Shown here: in pieces, positions 29,876 to 39,543 of the stretch
Layout of the letters: every line of letters begins with the position of its first letter
How positions within the stretch are numbered: position 1 is the first letter of the stretch
Origin: Meyerozyma guilliermondii
Lineage: Eukaryota
DNA length: 64,000 nt
Direction of reading: 5' to 3'
NCBI GenBank assembly: GCA_051546255.1
Contig: CP128820.1
Location: forward strand, 620,001-684,000
Translations under genes and position numbers: made by a program
Notes under the pieces: generated by a model
Seen by the model: only the letters and a program-made list of their open reading frames with translations
What the model was told of the DNA's origin: nothing
Database searches by the model: none

Positions 29876-31027
29876 TTATTGGGATGCAAAGGTGTCTTTT
29901 TCTTCGGAGTCAATATTGCCAAACAAAAATGATCCTGGAACGGGTATAAACCCTTCGTCAGTATCGGTGAACACACCATTGAGAACCTGTTGAAGACTTC
30001 CATCGCTCCATACAAGTTGTGAGGCGGTCCAATTTATCAAGAGGTTTGGATTATTTGGAGGTGGATCCGAGATCTTGGTGATCAAATATGCAACGCTAGC
30101 CTCGCCAATGCCATATGCGAACAAGCTGAGCCATGGTAGCTGTACAATGAGCTGATAGAACACAATTCCAAACCCAAGGAGGACTCCTTCTCTGGCGCTC
30201 ATCCATGCTTTCTTATCCCCATTGGAGAACCGAGTGCGAGTAAAGTACGGTAAAAGAAGATCATGAATCAAGTTTCTCGAGCCCCAGTACGTGGTAATTA
30301 GCCAGATACTGTAAGATCGGGACACCGAATTGAGTACAGCAAAGCACGCAAGCGCAGGCACCGTTCCTAGTTGATCGTTCAAGTTCTTCAACGACATCAA
30401 TCTTACTGCAAAAGCACCAATAGTCCACTTTCTCGAGATGAACTTGACAACCATGTTCACTAGCGAAGCACGTACATTCCGCTTCACGTAGCTAGCGAAT
30501 TCCGAGGAATTATTGTACTTATACTTGACGAGTTCAAATATTGACTGTGGATTGTACGTCGTTTTAGGATTTTTCGGGGCCACAATTTCCAAGTTTTTTT
30601 TGTATTCTCTCGGCACTTTGGCTTTCCGGTTATGAACAGAGTCCACAAACTCCAAAGAAGTCAAGAAGAGCTCGTCCAATTCGGGTTTGAAGAACCGCAA
30701 AGACAGGATGAGAAGACCACCAATTTGAAGTACATTGTGCTGGGTATAGTACAAGTATTTGAGCACAAGTTTCAATGCTGGCGAGTCGCTGAACGATAGT
30801 ATGAGTAGCAACAATCTCGTTGCAACGAAAAAAGGCGCCCAAAGTGTCAATTGAAATGCCAACGACCAAAATATGACATTTATAGATCGCCTCGTAAACC
30901 GGCTGGAATACAACTGAGGATTTTGAAGAGCCCGAAACGCACCCAAAAAGGCCAATTGAACCCCACGGACGACAGAAAGCAAGGAGACGTTCGGCAGTGG
31001 TCTGGATACGAACTTGGGTGACGCCAT
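29876..31027 (-). CDS. Fungal UsgS-like multi-pass membrane protein
   Basis: 'RGVQL..GAFRALQNP', 'LFL.SL.FVD', 'LL.PYF.R', 'REGVL.GF', 'AYLITKISDPPP'; ATG at 31027. Confidence 0.7.
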   Translation of the reverse strand: MASPKFVSRPLPNVSLLSVVRGVQLAFLGAFRALQNPQLYSSRFTRRSINVIFWSLAFQLTLWAPFFVATRLLLLILSFSDSPALKLVLKYLYYTQHNVLQIGGLLILSLRFFKPELDELFLTSLEFVDSVHNRKAKVPREYKKNLEIVAPKNPKTTYNPQSIFELVKYKYNNSSEFASYVKRNVRASLVNMVVKFISRKWTIGAFAVRLMSLKNLNDQLGTVPALACFAVLNSVSRSYSIWLITTYWGSRNLIHDLLLPYFTRTRFSNGDKKAWMSAREGVLLGFGIVFYQLIVQLPWLSLFAYGIGEASVAYLITKISDPPPNNPNLLINWTASQLVWSDGSLQQVLNGVFTDTDEGFIPVPGSFLFGNIDSEEKDTFASQ

Positions 31028-31228
31028 GGATATGGAATGGCTAGGAAATCTGGAGAAGCCTGCACGCAAATCGATCTGCGAAGAGCAGCTGATTATGGTC
31101 GCGCCGCAGATGCAGGAGCCAGAGGTTTGGAGTTCACAGTTTACCATGCAGTACCGCTCATCGCTGTGGCACGGCAAAGCGGAGGTCAAGCCGGGAGTGT
31201 ATGTCCGCACCGAGTCTACCGGTTACAC

Positions 31229-31490
31229 GAGTCAGCACATAAATTGACAAGTTTTATATGGAACGGTAGCGGAATAAATCAATTTTGGGGCAGATGTATA
31301 GTGAGCTGCTTGGAAATATGAAGTGAGTGGAATTACAGACCATATAATTAGCGGAAAATCGCGGCGCGAGTCAAATGTGTCACGAGCGCGAGTCATGGTT
31401 TCCTTGCAGATTCAGAGTCAGTGCCGGGCAAGGCAACTGCAACGCCGTTTACCCTAAAGGATACGTGCCGTTATCTTGTAGTATATAAAA
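31229..31490 (+). promoter_or_regulatory. CHA1 promoter: four GAGTCA (Gcn4-type) cores and a TATA box
   Basis: GAGTCA at 31229, 31368, 31390 and 31415; TATATAAAA at 31482. Confidence 0.55.
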
Positions 31491-31528
31491 TGTAATCGTC
31501 TTCCGCGCCTTTGTGTGTCGCAAAAATC

Positions 31529-32596
31529 ATGTCTTTGGAACCACAAAATTTTTCCAGTCTGCAACCACTTTCGCAGCCATTTGTTAAAAGTTCACTAGTT
31601 GAGGTTACCGATACATTAGCCGTAAAACCCCCCTGTCGAATTTTTTTCAAGAATGAATACGAGCAGCCCTCAGGCTCGTTCAAGTTACGAGGAATTGGAA
31701 ACTTGGTGAGCAAATCGTACAAAGAAGCAAAAACCAAATTTCCACATAAAGAGATCCATGTCTATGCTTCCAGTGGTGGGAATGCTGGCTTAGCAGCAGC
31801 CTATGCCGCGCGGTACTACAAGGTCAATTGCACTGTAGTTCTCCCTGTGGTTTCGAAACCTGAGGTTATTGAGAAACTCAAGACTTACGGAGCCAAAACG
31901 GTGATCCATGGTGCCAACATTTATGAGGCAGACCAATATTTACAAGGCATATTGAGAAATGTCAATGTCTCAAAGTACCATCCTATCTACTGTCATCCAT
32001 TTGAAAACCCGCTCATCTGGGACGGCCATTCTACCCTTGTTGACGAGATTTTTCAATCCCAACTTCCAGAACAAGACAAGCCAAAAGTCAAAGGTTTTGT
32101 ATGTTCAGTTGGAGGAGGAGGATTATACAACGGGATCCACAAGGGCATAATTCGCAACAAAAGCTCATCGGATGTGTTTCTCGTGGAAACGAATCAAGCA
32201 CCCACCCTTCACGAAACCATCAAAGCCGGCAAAGTTATCACATTGAAATCAGTAAACTCGCTAGCCACCTCACTTGCATGTTCATCTTTGTCAATTCAAA
32301 GTTTGGCTAATTATAACGACCAGTCCAAGGTAAAGACCCATATTGCATCCATAGACGACTTGGAGGCTGTCAAAGGGTCTGTCAACTTTTATAGAAACTA
32401 TGGCATTGCAGTCGAACCAGCATGTGGTGCTTCTTTATCAGTGTTGTACAACCAGCTACCATTTCTCACACTGAAGTTTCCCAATTTGGGGTCTGACGAT
32501 ATAATTGTTGTTGTTGTGTGTGGAGGATCGTGCACTAATGTTGAAGGCATAAAGAAGTTTGAAACCTTGGTTGAAAGACAGGCCCATAAATTGTGA
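31529..32596 (+). CDS. CHA1: Catabolic L-serine/L-threonine dehydratase (PLP-dependent)
   Basis: 'KNE..QPSGSFKLRGIG' (PLP lysine), 'SSGGNAG', 'CSVGGGGL', 'VEPACGA', 'VCGG'; ATG at 31529. Confidence 0.92.
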   Translation: MSLEPQNFSSLQPLSQPFVKSSLVEVTDTLAVKPPCRIFFKNEYEQPSGSFKLRGIGNLVSKSYKEAKTKFPHKEIHVYASSGGNAGLAAAYAARYYKVNCTVVLPVVSKPEVIEKLKTYGAKTVIHGANIYEADQYLQGILRNVNVSKYHPIYCHPFENPLIWDGHSTLVDEIFQSQLPEQDKPKVKGFVCSVGGGGLYNGIHKGIIRNKSSSDVFLVETNQAPTLHETIKAGKVITLKSVNSLATSLACSSLSIQSLANYNDQSKVKTHIASIDDLEAVKGSVNFYRNYGIAVEPACGASLSVLYNQLPFLTLKFPNLGSDDIIVVVVCGGSCTNVEGIKKFETLVERQAHKL

Positions 32597-32820
32597 GATT
32601 CTGATCCGAGCTACGATAATATTGAAGATAGCTACTTACGATATATTCTATTTACGATGAGACGTACTTGCGATATTCTCTGTTAGCGGCGAGAGTACTC
32701 CAGATCTAAAGGTAGACTGTTCTTGAACAAATTCAACAATTGTAGCAATAGCTTATGTACTTTGTCTCATTACTGATCTCTTTTATCTGATCGCGCGAAT
32801 CTTAATATTACTGATGAACC

Positions 32821-35298
32821 ATGAACCGCGATGACCCACGACTAACCTACAACCATCCGTACAAGCCCTATGACATCCAGGTGCAGTTGATGGACGCCAT
32901 ATATGACACCATCCAGAACAAATACAAAGTGGGGCTTTTTGAGAGTCCTACGGGCACAGGAAAGACCCTCTCCATCATCTGCTCGTCAATGACATGGCTT
33001 CGAAACTACAAGAAAACTCAAGATCACAGCACAATGGGCTCAAATTCCTCAAACGACAACGACCCAAATCAAACTTCTGACTCGGACGAAGAACCAGATT
33101 GGGTAAAAGAAGCACACATTAAAAACATACGGCTGCGAACTAGCGGACTAGCTATTGACTACGAAAGGCATCTTGAAGAACTTCTGCAAACACCCCACGC
33201 TGGACACACGGTGGAATTGGGCCAAAGGACTCATAAGCGTAAAAAAAGAGCCACAAACGATGATGATTTTCTTCCTGATGACTATAATAGTGATACAGAT
33301 CTGAACTCAGTGGAAACAAAAAATGCTAAACTACAGCAAGAAATCAACCAGATCATGAAACGGGTTGACGGATCTGACGGAAAGACTCCTGGATTTGTCA
33401 ACACGTGCCCCGTCACCATATTTTTCTCTTCAAGAACCCATTCTCAATTAAGTCAATTTGCTCACCAACTCAGCATAACTCTGTTTGAGTCCTCTCTTGG
33501 AGAAATCGCTGAAAGGATCAAGTTTATGCCCCTTTCATCCAGGAAACAGTTATGTATCCACCCAAAAGTTTCTTCGCTCTCCAGCGTTTCGGCCGTAAAT
33601 GATGCTTGTGTGGAGCTTCAGCAGAAATCTGACAAGCGATGTGAATTCATGCCTCGGGTAAACAACCCTGAATCCGACCAGCTTGTGCAAAGGTTTGCTG
33701 ACTATTCATTCGCGGTCATCAAGGATATAGAGGAATTGCACGAGTTGGGTGCAGATCTCAAGGTGTGTCCCTATTATGCCTCGAGAAGAAATATCGAGAA
33801 TTCCGAGATCATAGCGCTTCCTTACCAAATGCTCCTACAGCAAGCAACAAGAAAGTCTCTAGGCTTGAGTATAAAGGATAGTATTGTCATCATTGATGAA
33901 GCCCATAACTTGTTGGACGTAATATCTTCGATCAATTCAGTCTCCATTACTCGCAAAGAATTGAGCTCCGTTATAGCTTCACTCAAATTGTACTACAACA
34001 AATTCACCAAGAGGCTCAATAGCGGAAATCGCATCCACTTGATGAAACTTATAAAGTTATGTCTGCTTGTTGAAACTTACATTAAGAACTGTGAAATACA
34101 AAACAAGTGTGTTCCAGGAAGCGACGTCTTGATCGACGAACTCTTCCAGGGATCTACTGGAGATCTACTCAACATACACCGAATTGAAAAGTATTTGGAT
34201 AAATCGAAAATTGCCTACAAAATACAGACATATATTGAGCAGTCCAGAGAGGAATCTGATGAAAAGCAAGCCTCAAGTCCACTCCTCTTCAAGGTTACTG
34301 CATTTCTCAAATCGTTGGTCAACCCTTCAAAGGAGGGCCGTTTCTTTTGGGATAAGATTAACGACGATACAGAGATCAAGTATCTTCTTTTGGACCCCAG
34401 CGAGATGTTCAGAGATGTAGTGGAGAGTGCAAGATGTGTGCTACTTTGTGGTGGAACTATGGAGCCTGTGGAAGACTACTACAGGTATCTTTTTCCATAT
34501 GTACCAGGAGAAAAGATAAAAAAATTCACTTGTGGACATATTGTTCCTCAGGAAAATATTGAAGTGCTCACGGTCTCCCTGCGGAAAACGACCGTGTTTG
34601 ATTTTCTGTATCACAAAAGAAACGATCCCTCCATGTTACGAGAGTTGGCATTATCGTTACAGGATATTTGCGAGAGGGTTCCAAATGGGATTATTGTATT
34701 TGCTCCCAGCTATAAATATTTGAATCAGTTGATTCTGACTTGGAGAAAAGACGGTAATTTGGCCAAAATCAGTACTTTGAAGCAGGTCTTCTTAGAGCTG
34801 TCTGATTCAACCAGCATTGAAAGCATATTGAGAGACTACGGTGCAGCTGCTCGAGGAAGCGGTGCCATACTATTTTCGGTAGTTGGAGGTAAAATGTCCG
34901 AAGGAGTCAACTTTTCCGATGAACTTGCTCGGGCGGTAATAATGCTTGGTCTTCCCTACCCCAATGCATTTTCTGGAGAGTTGATCGCCAAACGAAAGTT
35001 TATCGAGGAAACCACCTTGCTGAAGGGGGGAACCCAGGCGATGGCCAAGAAAAACTCTAGAGAGTATTATGAAAACATTTGCATGAGAGCTGTCAATCAA
35101 AGTGTGGGAAGAAGTATACGGCACGCCAACGATTACTCGGTTATCGTATTGTTCGATACCAGATACAACTCCAGCCACATTCAGCTGAAGTTGAGTGGTT
35201 GGATGAGACTGAGCATACGGCCAGAACGAGAGTCGTTCGATATGACGCTTGAGCGTATTGCAGACTTTTTCGCAGCCAAGACACTCACCAAAAGATAG
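32821..35298 (+). CDS. CHL1: Fe-S DEAH DNA helicase Chl1/DDX11
   Basis: 'PYDIQ' Q-motif, 'ESPTGTGKT', 'SRTHSQL', 'CPYY', 'DEAHNL', 'GGKMSEG', 'VNQSVGRSIRH'. Confidence 0.95.
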   Translation: MNRDDPRLTYNHPYKPYDIQVQLMDAIYDTIQNKYKVGLFESPTGTGKTLSIICSSMTWLRNYKKTQDHSTMGSNSSNDNDPNQTSDSDEEPDWVKEAHIKNIRLRTSGLAIDYERHLEELLQTPHAGHTVELGQRTHKRKKRATNDDDFLPDDYNSDTDLNSVETKNAKLQQEINQIMKRVDGSDGKTPGFVNTCPVTIFFSSRTHSQLSQFAHQLSITLFESSLGEIAERIKFMPLSSRKQLCIHPKVSSLSSVSAVNDACVELQQKSDKRCEFMPRVNNPESDQLVQRFADYSFAVIKDIEELHELGADLKVCPYYASRRNIENSEIIALPYQMLLQQATRKSLGLSIKDSIVIIDEAHNLLDVISSINSVSITRKELSSVIASLKLYYNKFTKRLNSGNRIHLMKLIKLCLLVETYIKNCEIQNKCVPGSDVLIDELFQGSTGDLLNIHRIEKYLDKSKIAYKIQTYIEQSREESDEKQASSPLLFKVTAFLKSLVNPSKEGRFFWDKINDDTEIKYLLLDPSEMFRDVVESARCVLLCGGTMEPVEDYYRYLFPYVPGEKIKKFTCGHIVPQENIEVLTVSLRKTTVFDFLYHKRNDPSMLRELALSLQDICERVPNGIIVFAPSYKYLNQLILTWRKDGNLAKISTLKQVFLELSDSTSIESILRDYGAAARGSGAILFSVVGGKMSEGVNFSDELARAVIMLGLPYPNAFSGELIAKRKFIEETTLLKGGTQAMAKKNSREYYENICMRAVNQSVGRSIRHANDYSVIVLFDTRYNSSHIQLKLSGWMRLSIRPERESFDMTLERIADFFAAKTLTKR

Positions 35299-35304
35299 AC
35301 CAAA

Positions 35305-35994
35305 CTAAAACACAACATCACTTCTGAGAACCCATTTCTCCCCCAGCTTTACTATCTCTGCTTCGTGCATCAAGCAGTCGTCTCCGTGTTTGTGCAATAG
35401 AGCCATACCTTTACTGGGGTGTATGTTCAAGGGCTTCGCACCTCTAATTTCTGGGTAAAATATGGTTCCTCCACCAGAAAACTCTTCACCGCCTGTTAAG
35501 TATATAAGTAGGGTCCATCTTGTAGATCCCTGGCGTCCTCTGGGCTTGTCTTCTAATTTACAAACCACAGATTCGTCATAATGCTTTCCGAAATGATGGC
35601 CCTTACGGTACCTATATATCCTCAATTGCAGATTGAGACCCTTAGCACTTTTGAAGGTGGACTTGATACCTTTTAGTTCTTCGTCTCCGTAATCCTCCTG
35701 TTGAAGTACTTGCAGCATGTAGTTCCAAAGGCTTTCAGCAGTTTCAAAGTCGTTCATGGAAATGCGATCATTGAACCTAGCAGCATAGTCCTTGCTCTTG
35801 ATAAGTGGAGTGGTTTCGAGGTTCAATTTGGCGAACGATTTGATCAAGGAATTGCAGAAATCCTCGGAAAAGAATTTGGGAATGACTATTATTTGGTTGT
35901 CTACAATCGATTCTGGAGTCGGTTTGAAATACAGACGAATAAAATTTTTTCCCAACAGATGAATCTCATTAGGAAACTGGTAACCAGACTTCAT
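35305..35994 (-). CDS. 2OG-Fe(II) oxygenase family protein
   Basis: 'RIYRY..GHHFGKHYD' (HxD), 'TLLIYL..GGGT.FY', 'HE....GEKWVLRSD'; ATG at 35994. Confidence 0.85.
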   Translation of the reverse strand: MKSGYQFPNEIHLLGKNFIRLYFKPTPESIVDNQIIVIPKFFSEDFCNSLIKSFAKLNLETTPLIKSKDYAARFNDRISMNDFETAESLWNYMLQVLQQEDYGDEELKGIKSTFKSAKGLNLQLRIYRYRKGHHFGKHYDESVVCKLEDKPRGRQGSTRWTLLIYLTGGEEFSGGGTIFYPEIRGAKPLNIHPSKGMALLHKHGDDCLMHEAEIVKLGEKWVLRSDVVF

Positions 35995-36174
35995 ATCTAT
36001 GCTTGCAATTACGGAAACAATTCTAATTCTGGTGCAGTTGAGTTCTGGTAGGTAACTAGACTTGATCTGATTTGAGAAAATGCGAATTTTGAGACAGTAA
36101 AAATATAAGCTGTACAAATATGTGAGTACAAGGTTAGTCGTAGATTTACGTACATTTTTTCAGGGGAGTTTCAC

Positions 36175-39054
36175 TCACGACAACAGTGACTCCAAATTGA
36201 TCAAAAGACTATAAGTTTCTCCCGGCATTTTGTACTGAATCATTCCAGCAAATACCATACAGTTTCTCGCCATGTTCTTGAGGTTACTCAACTCCTCCAT
36301 TTCGTTGCCTAACGTCTGGTACTTCTTGGTCAAGATCGCATAGTTAAGCTGGGAAATGCTAGTCATTACCATAACCAATAGTGACGGAATCACCTTTATC
36401 AAATTGTTGTCTTGATTCTGATGCACATTTTCGGCCATCTTTCTAACTTGTACCAAATTCAAAGTTGGGTCTATTGGCACCAATTCAAGTGCCTTCATTG
36501 CCTCGAGCACCTTATACCACTCTTTGTTCACGAAATAGTCTCTGATGGAGATGATGGAGATTAATATGTTGCACGTTTCTTTCACGCCAGGTCGAATATG
36601 CGAATTGATGATGCTGTTCTTGTTGAACACATTCATGATGTGTTGCGATAACAATATGATATTATTGTCAATGGTATCGGCAGCTTGGGACTCACCATTG
36701 ATGTTTTCGTAATTTCCGTAACCAATCAATGGCTTGTCGAGGTCGACTGTCGAAAGTATTTCTCCCATGAGCTTACTTATGAGACTCACCACGGTATCAA
36801 ATTCCAGACACAACTGGTACAACAACAAGGCATCGAATGTTCTGCCTTCTTCTTCACATCGGCGAGCAGCCACATCAATGATTTTACGTTCGAATTGCTC
36901 GCGGCTCGCTAATTGTATCAACGATCTTTGGCGCTCCAAAAGTCCGGGAACTTTCTGACCAGTGGTTTGATCTAATTCGCCTAGCAACATATTGAACTCA
37001 CGCGATATGAGTATGAGTTCACGTAAAGCTTCATGACACTTACTGAGTTCTTCATGAGAGTTACCACCGTCACCCATGCCTATCAAGATGAGATATTGGC
37101 AAGCAACCTTGGGATCACTTATCTTGAACGACCTGGTGTAAGAACCCAATAAACGACTAAAGTTGATTTCGGGAAGTCCATTGCTGCCAAGAATGAACAA
37201 ACTGTCGTGAGGAGGATTTTTCCTTGCAACTTTAAGTAGACCATAGTAGCACAAGCCAATAGCTAGGTGTACCGCATCGCACTCATTGATATTCTCGTAC
37301 GTATACTGCACAGCAGACTCGAAAAGACCACTCATGAGTAAGGTCTTCAAGAACAGAGGATTCTTGGACGACGAGTTGAATCTCTTTGCACCCAACTGGA
37401 GAATTTTAGCTTGGAAATCTTCCAAAGAATAATTCTCAAATACAAGTTTCGATTGGTTATGATTTGAGCCAGTTTCATTGATGATGGAAAAGTGAAACCA
37501 TGTCCAGTCTTCGATGCTCAAGTTTAAAACATGAGGTAAAGCCTTCTTCGACAACCCACACTTGCCGATTATTTTGTATAAAGTATATTTGTAAGGGTCG
37601 AAACCTTCGTTTGAGTCTTCTTTGACAAACGCAAATTGTTTGCTGAATTCTGACTGTATTCTGTCGGACAAGTCTGACGGTAAGCTTAAGCATCCACTTT
37701 CAACGTAGTTCTTCAAGTATATGGGGAAGTTTTTGTCAAGTTTGGTGAAAAGTTCTTTGTTAATATTGGTGACCTCAACAGCATCCTGGTACAAACCACT
37801 GCGAAGAAGGTAGTAGATAAGTACCCAAAGAGGAGTTCCGTTGACGTTGAGTGTCCTGTCAATAACGCCGGCATTATTTCTTGTGACCACTTTGTTGATA
37901 AAGTAGCTTACCTTGTTGATGTTTGTTGCCGGGACAAACCCATCTTTTTTGTCATCTTTCATATAAATTTCATCCAAGTACGCATAGAACTGCTTCTCCA
38001 AGTAGCCCTTTCCTGACCTTATAATTTTGTCTGTCAATGTATGCGAACGAGATGGAAGTGTCAGATATTCAGTATGAAACATTTGCTCTTGAGATACTTT
38101 ACTTTTCTTCTCGTCAGTCAAATCTATCAAAACTCGCCAAGCGTCGGCCACTTGGCGAGACTTGGTATCGTGATATTGCTTGTTGGCATCTTCGAATCTT
38201 GAGGCTAGAGGGAACAAAGAGTTGGACATTCGAGCTTCATTGAGGTGATAAACCACCTGGGCGTGGCTTTCAAACTTCTCTCTCGACATTTGGCGAGGTG
38301 GAGGAGCGTTTGTGTCTTTAGCAAGAGGAGCCAAAATGTGGTAGTTTCCAGGAAGCGACCTGTTCCACAGGAAAGCACGGCGCTTGGTGTCTGGAGCATC
38401 CAAGTCTTCAGATGCTTTAATAATGCCAAATGATTTTCTCAACTCATCACGACGCACTTTCCAGTCGATAGAAACACTCTGGTTGATAAACTTGTCAAAA
38501 TCCTTTGAAGCGTTAGAAAGACTCTGCTCGATGGCAGACAAGATGTTTTCGTCTTTTTTCGTGGTGATATAGTTGTCTATGTTGCTGGCGGCTTCACGAG
38601 AAGTTGGAGGAGCTGCCACGGTGGACGACTGAACTCGTGCCAAAGAATTCATATCTATGGTCTTGAGTTCATCTTCGATGTCATCTGCATTCACACCACT
38701 CGAAGCAAGCAAATAATGTGCTCTTTTGAACGATTGTGTGTCTTCTGTATTCTTTCTCATCCGATCCGAGCGCTTTTGAAGCTCTGATAAAGTGAGGTGA
38801 AGTGATCCCAAACCAGCATTGCTCGGACGGGGGAGGTTGTTGGCAGACTCAAGAAGATCCTTGACGAGTTTGGAGGGATTTGAGCTGGCAATTGGTCCAG
38901 AAACCGAAGATTGAGTTTGCAACGATGGTGCTGGAGGATTATTAGTGCTCACTGTTGAAGTTGGAGCGGATCCGTTGCTAGATTGTTGTTGGCCAAGGGC
39001 ACCAAAGCCACCCTGGTTGGTTTGTGGCGCAGAATTAGCCCCGAAAAGTGACAT
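36175..39054 (-). CDS. NIC96: Inner-ring nucleoporin Nic96/Nup93
   Basis: 'AHYLLASSG', 'W.LIYYLLRSG', 'DPYK..LYKIIG', 'SIEDW.WFH', 'DAVHLAI.L'; best start 'MSLFG' at 39054. Confidence 0.92.
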   Translation of the reverse strand: MSLFGANSAPQTNQGGFGALGQQQSSNGSAPTSTVSTNNPPAPSLQTQSSVSGPIASSNPSKLVKDLLESANNLPRPSNAGLGSLHLTLSELQKRSDRMRKNTEDTQSFKRAHYLLASSGVNADDIEDELKTIDMNSLARVQSSTVAAPPTSREAASNIDNYITTKKDENILSAIEQSLSNASKDFDKFINQSVSIDWKVRRDELRKSFGIIKASEDLDAPDTKRRAFLWNRSLPGNYHILAPLAKDTNAPPPRQMSREKFESHAQVVYHLNEARMSNSLFPLASRFEDANKQYHDTKSRQVADAWRVLIDLTDEKKSKVSQEQMFHTEYLTLPSRSHTLTDKIIRSGKGYLEKQFYAYLDEIYMKDDKKDGFVPATNINKVSYFINKVVTRNNAGVIDRTLNVNGTPLWVLIYYLLRSGLYQDAVEVTNINKELFTKLDKNFPIYLKNYVESGCLSLPSDLSDRIQSEFSKQFAFVKEDSNEGFDPYKYTLYKIIGKCGLSKKALPHVLNLSIEDWTWFHFSIINETGSNHNQSKLVFENYSLEDFQAKILQLGAKRFNSSSKNPLFLKTLLMSGLFESAVQYTYENINECDAVHLAIGLCYYGLLKVARKNPPHDSLFILGSNGLPEINFSRLLGSYTRSFKISDPKVACQYLILIGMGDGGNSHEELSKCHEALRELILISREFNMLLGELDQTTGQKVPGLLERQRSLIQLASREQFERKIIDVAARRCEEEGRTFDALLLYQLCLEFDTVVSLISKLMGEILSTVDLDKPLIGYGNYENINGESQAADTIDNNIILLSQHIMNVFNKNSIINSHIRPGVKETCNILISIISIRDYFVNKEWYKVLEAMKALELVPIDPTLNLVQVRKMAENVHQNQDNNLIKVIPSLLVMVMTSISQLNYAILTKKYQTLGNEMEELSNLKNMARNCMVFAGMIQYKMPGETYSLLINLESLLS

Positions 39055-39543
39055 TTGCGTGGAAGTATTCAACAGATGTGCTTCCAAAACCATCGCCGGT
39101 TTGTTGATGGTAGCGCGTGGTGCGCGCACGACCTGCACATATAAGGCGAAAATTTCGCGGCATCTCTTCACTTTGTCCAAAAGTCATCCACAACATTAGA
39201 CAGTGCACCATGACGGGGAATCAGTGGTGGACGATGAGGGCCAGTTTTTGGCTCGCACCGTCCGACTGCCACATGATCCATTTATCGTCTAAAGTGCGAT
39301 AGCTTGTGGAGAGAAAAATATGTATCTTTTAAGAACCTGTCTGGAAAATCATGATAGAGAGGTGTCAGTAGATGCAGATATTTGTAAAGATGTGTAGACG
39401 TAATTTATTAACAACTCAAGACCCGTTGAGGGTAGAAGAAATGAACTAACTTTTGAGCATCCGTTGAAGGTGCTTAGTGTCTTCGAGTGCTTTTCAAAGC
39501 ATCTCGACTGAACGGTTCTAAGGCGTTGTTTCAACGCAATAAA

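Noticed and set aside
36108..36156. Intron-like signals (GTACGT..GACTAAC..CAG) on the minus strand upstream of the 2OG-Fe gene
   Set aside because: Donor-to-branch distance is only about 8 nt and it lies right after the NIC96 stop; not a credible intron.
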